From a virus (lineage: Duplodnaviria; Heunggongvirae; Uroviricota; Caudoviricetes): a stretch of DNA of 62,022 nucleotides. Where the stretch lies: IMG/VR virus record IMGVR_UViG_3300033489_000001, positions 1 to 62,022 of that record; one strand, written 5' to 3'. The translations under genes and the position numbers were made by a program. Of this stretch, positions 45,978 to 54,650 are shown in pieces (within the stretch, counting starts at the first letter, position 1; the number at the start of each line of letters is the position of its first letter). The notes under the pieces were generated by a model, which did no database searches, was not told the origin of the DNA, and was given only the letters and a program-made list of their open reading frames with translations.

Positions 45978-47663
45978 TTAGCCTTTTCCTACAAAAGGGC
46001 CTTGAATTGGGCCTCGTTGATAAACGTAATCTTCCCGCATCTCATGTGTGTCTGGGCTCCATTTTATATAAGGCTGATACCCTTGCTCATACCGTTCACT
46101 TACGCCCGGTTGCATATCAAGAGGGTATTCATAATCCTTCTCTACGGTAGTAGGGAGTTCAGAGTCAGAAAACAGCTCTTCTTCGCCAAAATCAAAAGTT
46201 TCAGCGTTGACTTCATTATCCCCTTTATCTCCGGGATAATAATCGGAACGCGCTACTGAGGGTAAAGCATCAGTTGGAAGTACTGAATTTGGAACGGAAG
46301 CTGTTTTCCATCTTCCACCCGATAAATTAGTTTTTTCATAACGGGAGGGTAAAGGTTCAATCTGAACGTCTTCTGCTTCTTTGATGATCGCTTCTGCCGT
46401 TTCGGCGGTTAACCTAGTTCTTTCAAATACAGCAGGGGTCTTACATTCTCGAACTGGAACTCCCTGTTGAAACCCTTTTCCGGCTAATCTATTATGGCCA
46501 ACAGATAACTCTACCGCCGGAGTTGAATCATTTTCATCATGCTCATCGTCATGTAATTTACCACCAGGATCAGAAGGTAACTCTGCGTATGGCCCGTAAA
46601 CTTCCTTCCCATCGGAATCGATATTTCCATAGCCCTCGGTACCCTGCCCGTGGGCATCATTACCCTCTCCATAACCAAGGCCGAAATCCCGGCCCTCAGT
46701 CGGAGTATTATCAGTAAGGACTCCCGGCATAAAGGAGCTAGAGTTCTTAGTGTTATCGCTTACAGGAGAAACTAATTCGTTGTCCCATTCACTTTGATAA
46801 ACGTAATCGTTTCCAACACCCTCATCACGGCTCCACGCATCTTCAAGCGGGCCAGATTCTTCACGGTTGTAAGAACCGAAAGGGCCGGTCTGATCTACAT
46901 CGCCACGGTCCAAATGCTGAACACGAGGCCCTGATTCACACTCAACGGGTACGGAAGAGTTGGCTCGAAAATAAGTGTAGTGCTCCGATGCCTGTTTAGT
47001 GCGATGAGGATCTACATAACTATCCGCTACGTTCTTACCATCAGGAAGCTTTGTACCCTCCTCACCTTCTTCCATCTTGGCTCGGGGTCCCTCTGCTTCA
47101 GCCTCTTCTAAATTATCTTCAACCTCTTCTTCGGGGTTATCTAAAATACGTTCGGCGTCTCCAACAAGACGCTCAACATCCTCAATATCGCTTTTTTCCA
47201 ACTCGGCAAGTTTCGGTTGCCAATGCTCTGCATGTAATTCATCGTGAATAGTATCCGAAACAGCCGAAAGATTCTCGCAAGCGTCATAAAGAGCTTTACG
47301 AATATCTTTCACGGCCATCACGTAACCACGGCCTCCAACAAGTCCGTCCGGTGAAACCGTAGAAGATTTGATTTTTGTGAATTGCCTGTGCGCTGTTAAA
47401 GCGTGTCCTAATGCCACACTCATTGCCCATAACGTTTTTGCTAAAGGCTTAAGCGCCTTAGGGTCATAAGTATAACCCTTAGGAATAGCTCGTTTAAGAT
47501 GCCCCCCTACTTCATGATCAATGGGATTAGATTTCGGAGGGAACTCACCTTTTTTTGGAAACTCACCAGCCTTGAATCCGGCAATTCTTAATTGAAAGTC
47601 AAGCTGTGCTTCCCGCAAATTCTTATCCAATACCGCCCGTGTTTTATTTCGCGCGTCGGTCAT
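45978..47663 (-). CDS. Acidic putative head/scaffold-like protein
   Basis: Helical N-terminus; long acidic low-complexity C-terminus with K-x-A-S sites. Confidence 0.5.
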   Translation of the reverse strand: MTDARNKTRAVLDKNLREAQLDFQLRIAGFKAGEFPKKGEFPPKSNPIDHEVGGHLKRAIPKGYTYDPKALKPLAKTLWAMSVALGHALTAHRQFTKIKSSTVSPDGLVGGRGYVMAVKDIRKALYDACENLSAVSDTIHDELHAEHWQPKLAELEKSDIEDVERLVGDAERILDNPEEEVEDNLEEAEAEGPRAKMEEGEEGTKLPDGKNVADSYVDPHRTKQASEHYTYFRANSSVPVECESGPRVQHLDRGDVDQTGPFGSYNREESGPLEDAWSRDEGVGNDYVYQSEWDNELVSPVSDNTKNSSSFMPGVLTDNTPTEGRDFGLGYGEGNDAHGQGTEGYGNIDSDGKEVYGPYAELPSDPGGKLHDDEHDENDSTPAVELSVGHNRLAGKGFQQGVPVRECKTPAVFERTRLTAETAEAIIKEAEDVQIEPLPSRYEKTNLSGGRWKTASVPNSVLPTDALPSVARSDYYPGDKGDNEVNAETFDFGEEELFSDSELPTTVEKDYEYPLDMQPGVSERYEQGYQPYIKWSPDTHEMREDYVYQRGPIQGPFVGKG

Positions 47664-47665
47664 AA

Positions 47666-47932
47666 TTAACCTTTAAGAGGCGCACCATTATCATCGAAGA
47701 GGCGTTCGATAAAAAAGTTACCATCGGCCTCTTTTTTGAGAGCCCAAAGGTCACGATTACTTTTATGAATTAGGGTCTCCGCTGATAAACGCACAAACCC
47801 TGCCAAATCTCTAAGAGACGCTACTTTTACCCGTCCCTTTGCATTCAAGATGTGCGCTTCACGCTGAAATAAAGCATCTAACCCCGTTCCGCCTGCTGTT
47901 TGGATTTGTCCAAGATCAAAATCTAAAGCCAT
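47666..47932 (-). CDS. Small conserved-looking protein (start probably MALDFD)
   Basis: TLIHKSNRDLW...IERLFDD; ATG lies 8 nt after the upstream stop. Confidence 0.55.
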   Translation of the reverse strand: MALDFDLGQIQTAGGTGLDALFQREAHILNAKGRVKVASLRDLAGFVRLSAETLIHKSNRDLWALKKEADGNFFIERLFDDNGAPLKG

Positions 47933-47940
47933 AATTTGCC

Positions 47941-48837
47941 TCACGAAATATTGAGGGTTACTACAACATCCACACACATGTTTGAACTGTACCCGGTGAT
48001 CCTAAGTGTCTCCGTATAGCTGCCCGGCCCCATGGAACTCGCTGGAGCCACTACGACGATAATTGGTTGGGAAGCTCCTCCATTGATAGATCCGAAAACT
48101 GGAGCAAAGCTAACTAACCACGGAACGCCAACCAACTTGCGAATCTGATAGTCTAAAACAGAAGTCGCCAAACCAGTGTTGGTAAGCAAAATCTGTTGCG
48201 ATGGGATCGGCGGGAAGTCCCCCGTCAACGGTGCCGCCACATTGAACGAAAGGCTCGTAGGAACCGGAGTAATCACAGCCTTCGGCCGTACAACGATGCT
48301 CACAGGAATTACTTGCGGACTGTTTGGGGCAGCAGCGCTTTGAACCGTCAAACTAGCCGGATAAGGGCTGCCCACGGCCAACAAATTGGTGCTGTCTGCT
48401 GAAACATCAAAACTGCCCGAAGCATGAGCAACTAAACTGTCCACATTGGCTGGCATCGGGAAAACATACGGAACCGATGACGTAACCGTAGCCGCCAACA
48501 ATGACCCCAATATCCCGTTGTTCGTCAGAAGCACCGATTTGGCTACGGAAACCCCCCGGCCCTCGTCTGTAATGAAATCCAGGCTCGTAGGGCTCAGTAA
48601 AATGCTTGGCGTGTAGGCTTGGCGAACGTCTTCAATGGAATCCGCCATTGACTGCACGACCTCTCCAGGAATCGGAATTGAATCCCGTAAGAGGCCGTAA
48701 GGCGTAATTACGTCCCGAATTTGAGTGGTCGCGACCGCTTGGGATACATCCACACGGGTTGTCCATTTCCATACGCCACTTATTAGAGTGACTTGGAATT
48801 GGTAGTCTTGAAACCTAAGTAGGGGTTGACTAGACAA
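47941..48837 (-). CDS. Virion protein with two BACON/Ig-like domains
   Basis: Two copies of PTSLxF...LLTNxG...; WLVSF...GSYTETL. Confidence 0.7.
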   Translation of the reverse strand: MSSQPLLRFQDYQFQVTLISGVWKWTTRVDVSQAVATTQIRDVITPYGLLRDSIPIPGEVVQSMADSIEDVRQAYTPSILLSPTSLDFITDEGRGVSVAKSVLLTNNGILGSLLAATVTSSVPYVFPMPANVDSLVAHASGSFDVSADSTNLLAVGSPYPASLTVQSAAAPNSPQVIPVSIVVRPKAVITPVPTSLSFNVAAPLTGDFPPIPSQQILLTNTGLATSVLDYQIRKLVGVPWLVSFAPVFGSINGGASQPIIVVVAPASSMGPGSYTETLRITGYSSNMCVDVVVTLNIS

Positions 48838-48841
48838 AAAA

Positions 48842-48859
48842 GTGATCCTCTAGGATCAC
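48842..48859. promoter_or_regulatory. Palindromic operator-like site in the divergent intergenic region
   Basis: gtgatcct-ct-aggatcac. Confidence 0.4.
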
Positions 48860-48951
48860 ACTCTATAAAAGAAAACCCTATAATTCCAGAAAGCTTTCCT
48901 AATTGTAGGTGTAACTAACATCAAGGTACGTTCCACCACGAAAGGATCTAC

Positions 48952-49386
48952 ATGGCTATCCTTCAATGGTTTAAAAATCATCGCTATACAGCAACTCGAT
49001 CATTCCAAATAAGTTGTTATCTGGGCGTTGACGAAGAAAAACCTGAAGCAAAAATCTTTAAAGTGCATAAAATTTCTAAAGGGGAAACCCTCTATTTTGA
49101 CGGCACTATAGCTCGATACGGAGAAGAGAAGTTTAATTACCCAAACTTAGCAAAGGCTATCCAAGACGGCTGGCTCACGCCTTGGTATAAGTATCAAAAA
49201 GATAGCCCGAAATACGGTCGCCCAGCCAAAGCTCCAATAGTTCTCACGCCTGCTATAAAGGGAAAAATCTTTGATGATCCAGAAGAAGAGCGTAGAAAGT
49301 TCGACCAGGTCATCAACCAAGCTCTCCCTTCGGATCAAACTAAAGATGTTTTAAAGAAAGGTGAGACCTCTGAACCTAAAAGCTAA
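48952..49386 (+). CDS. Hypothetical protein; the only convincing plus-strand gene, sharing a domain with 18867..20000
   Basis: SD AAGGA; YTATRSF...YFDG...PNL..AI..GWL. Confidence 0.7.
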   Translation: MAILQWFKNHRYTATRSFQISCYLGVDEEKPEAKIFKVHKISKGETLYFDGTIARYGEEKFNYPNLAKAIQDGWLTPWYKYQKDSPKYGRPAKAPIVLTPAIKGKIFDDPEEERRKFDQVINQALPSDQTKDVLKKGETSEPKS

Positions 49387-50483
49387 GCCCAGTTCTCGTA
49401 GCGCCCTATCTTGTAAACTAAAGAGACGCCAACTCCAAACTCTTTGGCAATAACTTTGCGGGGAACCTTGGCCTTGATCTTTTGCCGAATGATCTTGACC
49501 TTCTCTTCATCTAGCTTCCCAGAACGGCTTGAAGGTTTCCTTGCCCGGTTCACTTCGGTCTTAGTAGCCCAGTGGCAGTTAGCGGGCCAGCCTTTTGCGA
49601 GGCACTCAGGGCACTTCCCGCAAGAGTAATGACCATCGCGAATGATCCTGATGGTTACGTGCTCCTTAGTAGGCTTCTTACCCAGGTCTTCAAAGAAGGC
49701 CTCAAAGTCATCCCGCCACCGCTGGCACATGGTAACGCCCTTAGCCCCATAGTCACAGTAGCGATCGGATTTAGGGTTGAAGCAACGAGTCTTGATATTT
49801 CCCCAAGTGCGGTATTCAGGCGTCTTGGAGCCGCCATGGTCATAGTTAAAATGAGAGGGGCCAGTTATAACAGGTCGTTTGTTCTTTTGCTGTTGGCTTC
49901 GAGTAGCCCAGCGAATGTTACCAGGGGCATAGGGGCCATCATTGTCAATTCTGTCTATACTATGCTTAGGTGACGGGCGTAGGCCAACGTATTCAAAGAA
50001 AGCTGTAAAGTCATGAATCCAAGGCTCATAAATTGTGATACCGCGCCCTCCCCATCTAGGATAGTTTGAGCTTTTAGGATTCAAGCAACGGTCTTTCATT
50101 GCTGACCAAATTCGGTATTCTGGAAGATGAATCAAACCGTGTTTGAAATTAGTTTTCCTATTATGATCTGGTTCCCGTAAAGTTACATTGCTCGTTCCTA
50201 ATGCCCGTCTATTGGCCGCCTGAGTATCCCAATCGACCCAAGCGACGTTTCCTGGCACATACCCAAGGCCATTTTTAAGCCGATCCAAAGAATGCTTAGG
50301 GGATGGACGAGGGCCAACATGTTCAAGAAAGGCCAGGAAATCGTGTTCCCATTCAGGAGCAATAGTAATCCCCCGGCCACCATAATACGGGTATGCCCGG
50401 TGATTTGGGTTTAGACAACGGGCTTTGATCTGACTCCAACAAGAATATTCGATAGTCTTACCAAGGCCATGTTTTAAGTACAT
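49383..50483 (-). CDS. HNH-type homing endonuclease with three tandem nuclease-like repeats
   Basis: Three copies of HG...EYxxWxxxKxRCxNP...GxxGxT...W..DF.AF, with SIDRIDNDGPYAPGNIRWAT. Confidence 0.8.
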   Translation of the reverse strand: MYLKHGLGKTIEYSCWSQIKARCLNPNHRAYPYYGGRGITIAPEWEHDFLAFLEHVGPRPSPKHSLDRLKNGLGYVPGNVAWVDWDTQAANRRALGTSNVTLREPDHNRKTNFKHGLIHLPEYRIWSAMKDRCLNPKSSNYPRWGGRGITIYEPWIHDFTAFFEYVGLRPSPKHSIDRIDNDGPYAPGNIRWATRSQQQKNKRPVITGPSHFNYDHGGSKTPEYRTWGNIKTRCFNPKSDRYCDYGAKGVTMCQRWRDDFEAFFEDLGKKPTKEHVTIRIIRDGHYSCGKCPECLAKGWPANCHWATKTEVNRARKPSSRSGKLDEEKVKIIRQKIKAKVPRKVIAKEFGVGVSLVYKIGRYENWA

Positions 50484-50489
50484 GACCTA

Positions 50490-50518
50490 CTTATACCCCA
50501 AAGAAGCCATTGAGTCAA
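50490..50518 (-). promoter_or_regulatory. Sigma70-type promoter (leaderless)
   Basis: TTGACT-17 nt-TATAAG, 6 nt before ATG 50483. Confidence 0.6.
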
Positions 50519-50597
50519 GTAAACTATTTCAAGATCTATTCAAAATGTTGTAAAACTCTTTTCTACAGTCAATTTCATTAGAAATCCAAAAAACCTT

Positions 50598-51224
50598 TTA
50601 TTCACAACGATCTAGGCCTCTATTTGCCCACTGTGGGAGACAAACGGATCGAAGTATGTTAAAATTTTTGGAAGATATGGAAGAAAAGATTTTCTCGTAA
50701 GGTCTATATCTTTCGTTTTTATCAGATTCAACTTGAAGAGTTTCAACGGCTTTGAAGAAGCGATGTCTAACCCGCCCCTGGGTCAATTTGAGTCTACTAG
50801 CAACTTCTGATTGACAAGTCGTTTGCCACATCCCCACCAAAATATTAATATCAATAAGCTCGAAAATCTCAGCTAAGTCCTTCCGCATCTCCTCTTCGGA
50901 AACTGTTGGAATGGACAGCAAAAATTTTATACGTTGAACTCCCCTATCCAAACGATAACTCACAGCTGCCTGGGTGACCGAAAAGATCTCAGCGATGTCG
51001 GCTTGGCGCTTCTTACACATGTAGTAAAGATAAATCAGGTCAGCTTCCCGATCAGGTATTCGGGATAAGAGAGGCATGATGAGCGTGTCATAGTCATCGG
51101 TGGAAAACAACACTTCCATCTCTGGATCATATTCTTCACGTTCATCAAGAGGTTCAACTTCGATCGCGGCAAAGCGGTTAGCTAATTCAGCGGGGTCTAC
51201 GGGGATAACATAGCCACTCGACAT
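50598..51224 (-). CDS. Transcription factor with two sigma70 region-4-like HTH domains
   Basis: IPDREADLIYLYY...QADIAEIFSVTQAAVSYRLDRG and QSEVASRLKLTQGRVRHRFFKA. Confidence 0.7.
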   Translation of the reverse strand: MSSGYVIPVDPAELANRFAAIEVEPLDEREEYDPEMEVLFSTDDYDTLIMPLLSRIPDREADLIYLYYMCKKRQADIAEIFSVTQAAVSYRLDRGVQRIKFLLSIPTVSEEEMRKDLAEIFELIDINILVGMWQTTCQSEVASRLKLTQGRVRHRFFKAVETLQVESDKNERYRPYEKIFSSISSKNFNILRSVCLPQWANRGLDRCE

Positions 51225-51248
51225 TCCTACCTGTTCCTAATTTCTTGA

Positions 51249-52655
51249 TCACAGTTGATCATTAGCAGAATTAAGCATTTCGCTCTCTGTTAATAACGGT
51301 TTTCCGTTGTAACTAGAGTCTTGGTTGAGCAGTCCCAACCGTGACCCAGTCCTTCTAACAAGAATCTCCTTTACCTGCCTGAAAGGCGTGTAAAGCTTGA
51401 TCTCAGGATCGTACATTCTTGCTAAAATGTTCTGAGCCGCGTTTTGATCAGCATCTAATACCGCCCCGTCGAAACAGTAAAATTTATCCCCAGATCTGGT
51501 CCCTAATAAGAAACCATTTCTAGAGTCCATTTGCGAGGTATAAGCTGCATTAACCAAAACAACCGTAGAACCTCTACGGTGAGAAACTGTGTTAATGGCT
51601 TGAACTAAAATACCTTTAACCCAAGCAGATAATCGTCTTGACTGATCTTTACTTTGTAACCTTTTGCTTTTAATAGGTGAAGTTAGATCCTCTACAGCGA
51701 TGATGCTTGCTTTATCAACAATTGAATGAGCCGCTTTAAAAACCAAATTGTGAACATTAGAGGTGTGCTTCTTCTTTTGAGAGTCAAGTTTTTTCCGCCC
51801 CAAGTTGTTAGTTAGTATATTGTCGCGCTTCTTGGGGTTGTTACTCTCACTATGCTTTTCTGCTAAAGATTTGAGCTTGTTACGTCTCTGATATCTTAAC
51901 TTTAAACGATCTGATTCGGTGGGTAAAAGATTTCCTAAACCTTTTCCATGCCTTTTCCCATTAGAATCAGTAAATGCTTCAGTGTAACCTTTATCAATCC
52001 CTAATGTTTGATCCCCACAAGGCTTTATAGAGCAAACTTCTTTTTCATCAACGGCATAATGTATTTCTACCCTATTGTTTTGTAAGATTAGCCGTAAGGT
52101 TTTTTGAGGTTCTACTAATGTATTTAAAGGAACAGCAATTCGTTTACCTCTCTCTAAACTCATTACCCTAAGCCAAGCTTTACCCTTACAAGAAAATGTA
52201 GTGTAACTTCCTGGTATAAAAAGAATTTGATTATTTACCGTAGTCTTACCGTGCTTAAAATTCTTTCGCATCAACCTTCTTAGGTAGGACTCTTCGTTCC
52301 ATCTATCGGTTTTTAGTAAAGTATATAGGCGTTTCTTCTCTGCTTCATTCTTAGTATGCTTATGAATTATTTTGCGAACTTGAACCTTGGATGCTTCCCG
52401 ATACGCAACAATATCTCCCCAAACATCGGCTAGGGTGGCTTTCCACAACCTTGCCGGAACATTAAATTTCTTCCCCTCCTCTAACCATTCATCCCGAACT
52501 TGACGATCCCCCTCAAAATTTAATCCTGCTAAAGAGCCGAACTGCCTCCAAACCTCAGTGCGAATTAAACCAAGGCGGGCAGCAAGCTCAGTCAACTGAT
52601 CAAACTTGCCTTGGTTCAAATTCTTACTAAAAGCTATTCTGGTTACCTCACTCAT
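51249..52655 (-). CDS. tnpB: TnpB-family RNA-guided endonuclease (RuvC intact, zinc finger degenerate)
   Basis: LGIDKG, AVEDL, VNAAYTSQ and DADQNAAQNI. Confidence 0.88.
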   Translation of the reverse strand: MSEVTRIAFSKNLNQGKFDQLTELAARLGLIRTEVWRQFGSLAGLNFEGDRQVRDEWLEEGKKFNVPARLWKATLADVWGDIVAYREASKVQVRKIIHKHTKNEAEKKRLYTLLKTDRWNEESYLRRLMRKNFKHGKTTVNNQILFIPGSYTTFSCKGKAWLRVMSLERGKRIAVPLNTLVEPQKTLRLILQNNRVEIHYAVDEKEVCSIKPCGDQTLGIDKGYTEAFTDSNGKRHGKGLGNLLPTESDRLKLRYQRRNKLKSLAEKHSESNNPKKRDNILTNNLGRKKLDSQKKKHTSNVHNLVFKAAHSIVDKASIIAVEDLTSPIKSKRLQSKDQSRRLSAWVKGILVQAINTVSHRRGSTVVLVNAAYTSQMDSRNGFLLGTRSGDKFYCFDGAVLDADQNAAQNILARMYDPEIKLYTPFRQVKEILVRRTGSRLGLLNQDSSYNGKPLLTESEMLNSANDQL

Positions 52656-52821
52656 TTTTCTATTCGTTTTGAAACGCTCAACTACAGATAAAAAATAACG
52701 GGTTTATTTAAGCCCCAAGACAAGAAAAGGTTCAATTTGTCTTGAGTTGAGGCGGGGCTAATCCTAGAAAGCTTCTTTAGAGGCTTCCCCTGATTTTTAG
52801 AATACTTAGGTATTATAGAGA

Positions 52822-54630
52822 TCAGGAGTCAGACGGAAAAAACGCATCTAGGAGGGAGTCAGTCTTTATCTCTAACTCTTTAAGTCTAGATTCAATTTCT
52901 ATCTTTAGAGAAGGGTTATTAACCTGATTTGGATTTGATTTGATCTGGTTAAACTCTACATCTCTGAGAGTCAACAATTCCACATTATCACGGATCCGCT
53001 GTTCATTTTGCCGCAGCTTAGTAACTTGATTTTCACTTAATCCGGCAAGGTTCGATGTTAACAAGGTAAAAACCGTCCCATACAGTTTGATCAATTTTGA
53101 CGCAGTTTTCAAGCCAAAACCCGTAACTCCAGAAATATTGTCCGAGCTATCCCCACTTAGTGCTCTAATGTGTACGATAGACGTAGGAGGTACTCCATAC
53201 TCTGACTTTACCAGACTAGGTTCGTATAACTTTTCCTTACTCAAACCTACAGTGGGGCACAACAAATGAGTAAACTCGGACACGAGCTGAAGCATGTCAC
53301 GATCAGTAGAAACAATAATGTTTAGGCTACCTTGCAACGGACCTCGAACCAAAGAAGCTATCACATCGTCCGCTTCTTCTTTAGCGTTATAGGCTTGCGA
53401 AATCCCAAACAAAGGGAGGGCATCTCGCAACCAATCTATCCCAAACGAGTCTCCAGCACTCCCCGTCCGGGCTACTCGGTTACCCTTATATTCAGGATAA
53501 ACGGCCTTGCGCCGTTGAGAGGAACCATCCCAACACACATAAAAGTGCGCTTTTGGAAATCGTTTTTTATACGATCCAAGACTTCTCAAGAATCCTACAA
53601 TAGCCCCCGTGGGTCTGCCTTTAGAATCAGTAAGAGTACCCAAGCCAGGGGCGTAAGCACATCGAATAAAAAGTTGAGTCCCGTCAACAACCAAATTCAC
53701 AGTGGATTCCGTCATGTTTTTCATGTCCCAATATAAACTACTGAGTTTTGTATAGGCATTTGAAAGTAACGTTACTTCTTTATATTTACTAACTACAGGA
53801 CTCCAATCCGGCAAAGCAGTGTTAGAAACCAAGATTTGATTTTGTAAAGTAACCCCGGAACACAACTGATCAAAATCATTAAATTTACGTAAGATCGGCC
53901 CAAATTCAATCTGTTTTTGATAGGCTCGTATGAAGAAATACACCTCTCTACTTTGACTCAACCATTTATTCCACTGCGTAAAGTTTTTAAAATTGTCATG
54001 AATACCCTCAAAACCATTTGAGGGCCATTCAACTAACCTAAGGGCCATCTTTGCCCAATTTGAAATGGAATTGAAGTTAGAGAGATAGACAACTTGGAGC
54101 GGTTTGGACTTTAACCTAAGGAATGCCCTGGGCAAAGTCACCAAGCGATCGGTAGATCGTAATTGAATATGAACTACCACGGAATCCTGCTCAGGAATTT
54201 CTTCGCGAACAACGGCTGAAATATTCTTATAGGGACCAGAAGTAATAACTACCGTATCATTGATCTCAATCCCCTGATCTACCTCTACTTTTATTTGAGA
54301 TTGAAGATGATTGATCTCAGACAAAGAGACCATGGCAAGGCGCTTGTCTTTTTTATTTCCGGTTGGAACATACAAAGGCCCCAGGACATATTTTGTATCT
54401 ATTAAACGAGCGTAATGTCCTTCAGGATGCAGATGTTTAACAAAAGCATAACCTTCCATCAAATAATGAAAAACTCGTTGATCCCCTCTCTGAACAACCG
54501 AAGCCGGAACAAAAACCTCTGCATCCTTGATACGATGTTTAATTGAAGCCCGCACCATATCAGGATCTTCATTTTCGGCCTTAGAGTTAAGCTCTAATAC
54601 CACCCATTGTGTGTCTTCAAGCATTGACAC
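52822..54630 (-). CDS. NusG-like (NGN+KOW) domain fused to a PolA/FEN-type 5'-3' exonuclease
   Basis: NusG: WVVL...EVFVP...LMEGYAFV...VVITSGPYKN. Exonuclease: VVDG, WDG...RRKAVYPEYKGNR, EADDVIA, STDRDMLQL, LSGDSSDNISGVTGFGLKTA. Confidence 0.88.
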   Translation of the reverse strand: MSMLEDTQWVVLELNSKAENEDPDMVRASIKHRIKDAEVFVPASVVQRGDQRVFHYLMEGYAFVKHLHPEGHYARLIDTKYVLGPLYVPTGNKKDKRLAMVSLSEINHLQSQIKVEVDQGIEINDTVVITSGPYKNISAVVREEIPEQDSVVVHIQLRSTDRLVTLPRAFLRLKSKPLQVVYLSNFNSISNWAKMALRLVEWPSNGFEGIHDNFKNFTQWNKWLSQSREVYFFIRAYQKQIEFGPILRKFNDFDQLCSGVTLQNQILVSNTALPDWSPVVSKYKEVTLLSNAYTKLSSLYWDMKNMTESTVNLVVDGTQLFIRCAYAPGLGTLTDSKGRPTGAIVGFLRSLGSYKKRFPKAHFYVCWDGSSQRRKAVYPEYKGNRVARTGSAGDSFGIDWLRDALPLFGISQAYNAKEEADDVIASLVRGPLQGSLNIIVSTDRDMLQLVSEFTHLLCPTVGLSKEKLYEPSLVKSEYGVPPTSIVHIRALSGDSSDNISGVTGFGLKTASKLIKLYGTVFTLLTSNLAGLSENQVTKLRQNEQRIRDNVELLTLRDVEFNQIKSNPNQVNNPSLKIEIESRLKELEIKTDSLLDAFFPSDS

Positions 54631-54650
54631 ACTGATTTACACTGAAATTT

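Noticed and set aside
50598-52655. Nuclease-dead TnpB/Cas12f plus sigma factor as an RNA-guided transcription system
   Set aside because: All three RuvC acidic residues are present and the neighbour is not a complete ECF sigma; adjacency alone is insufficient.
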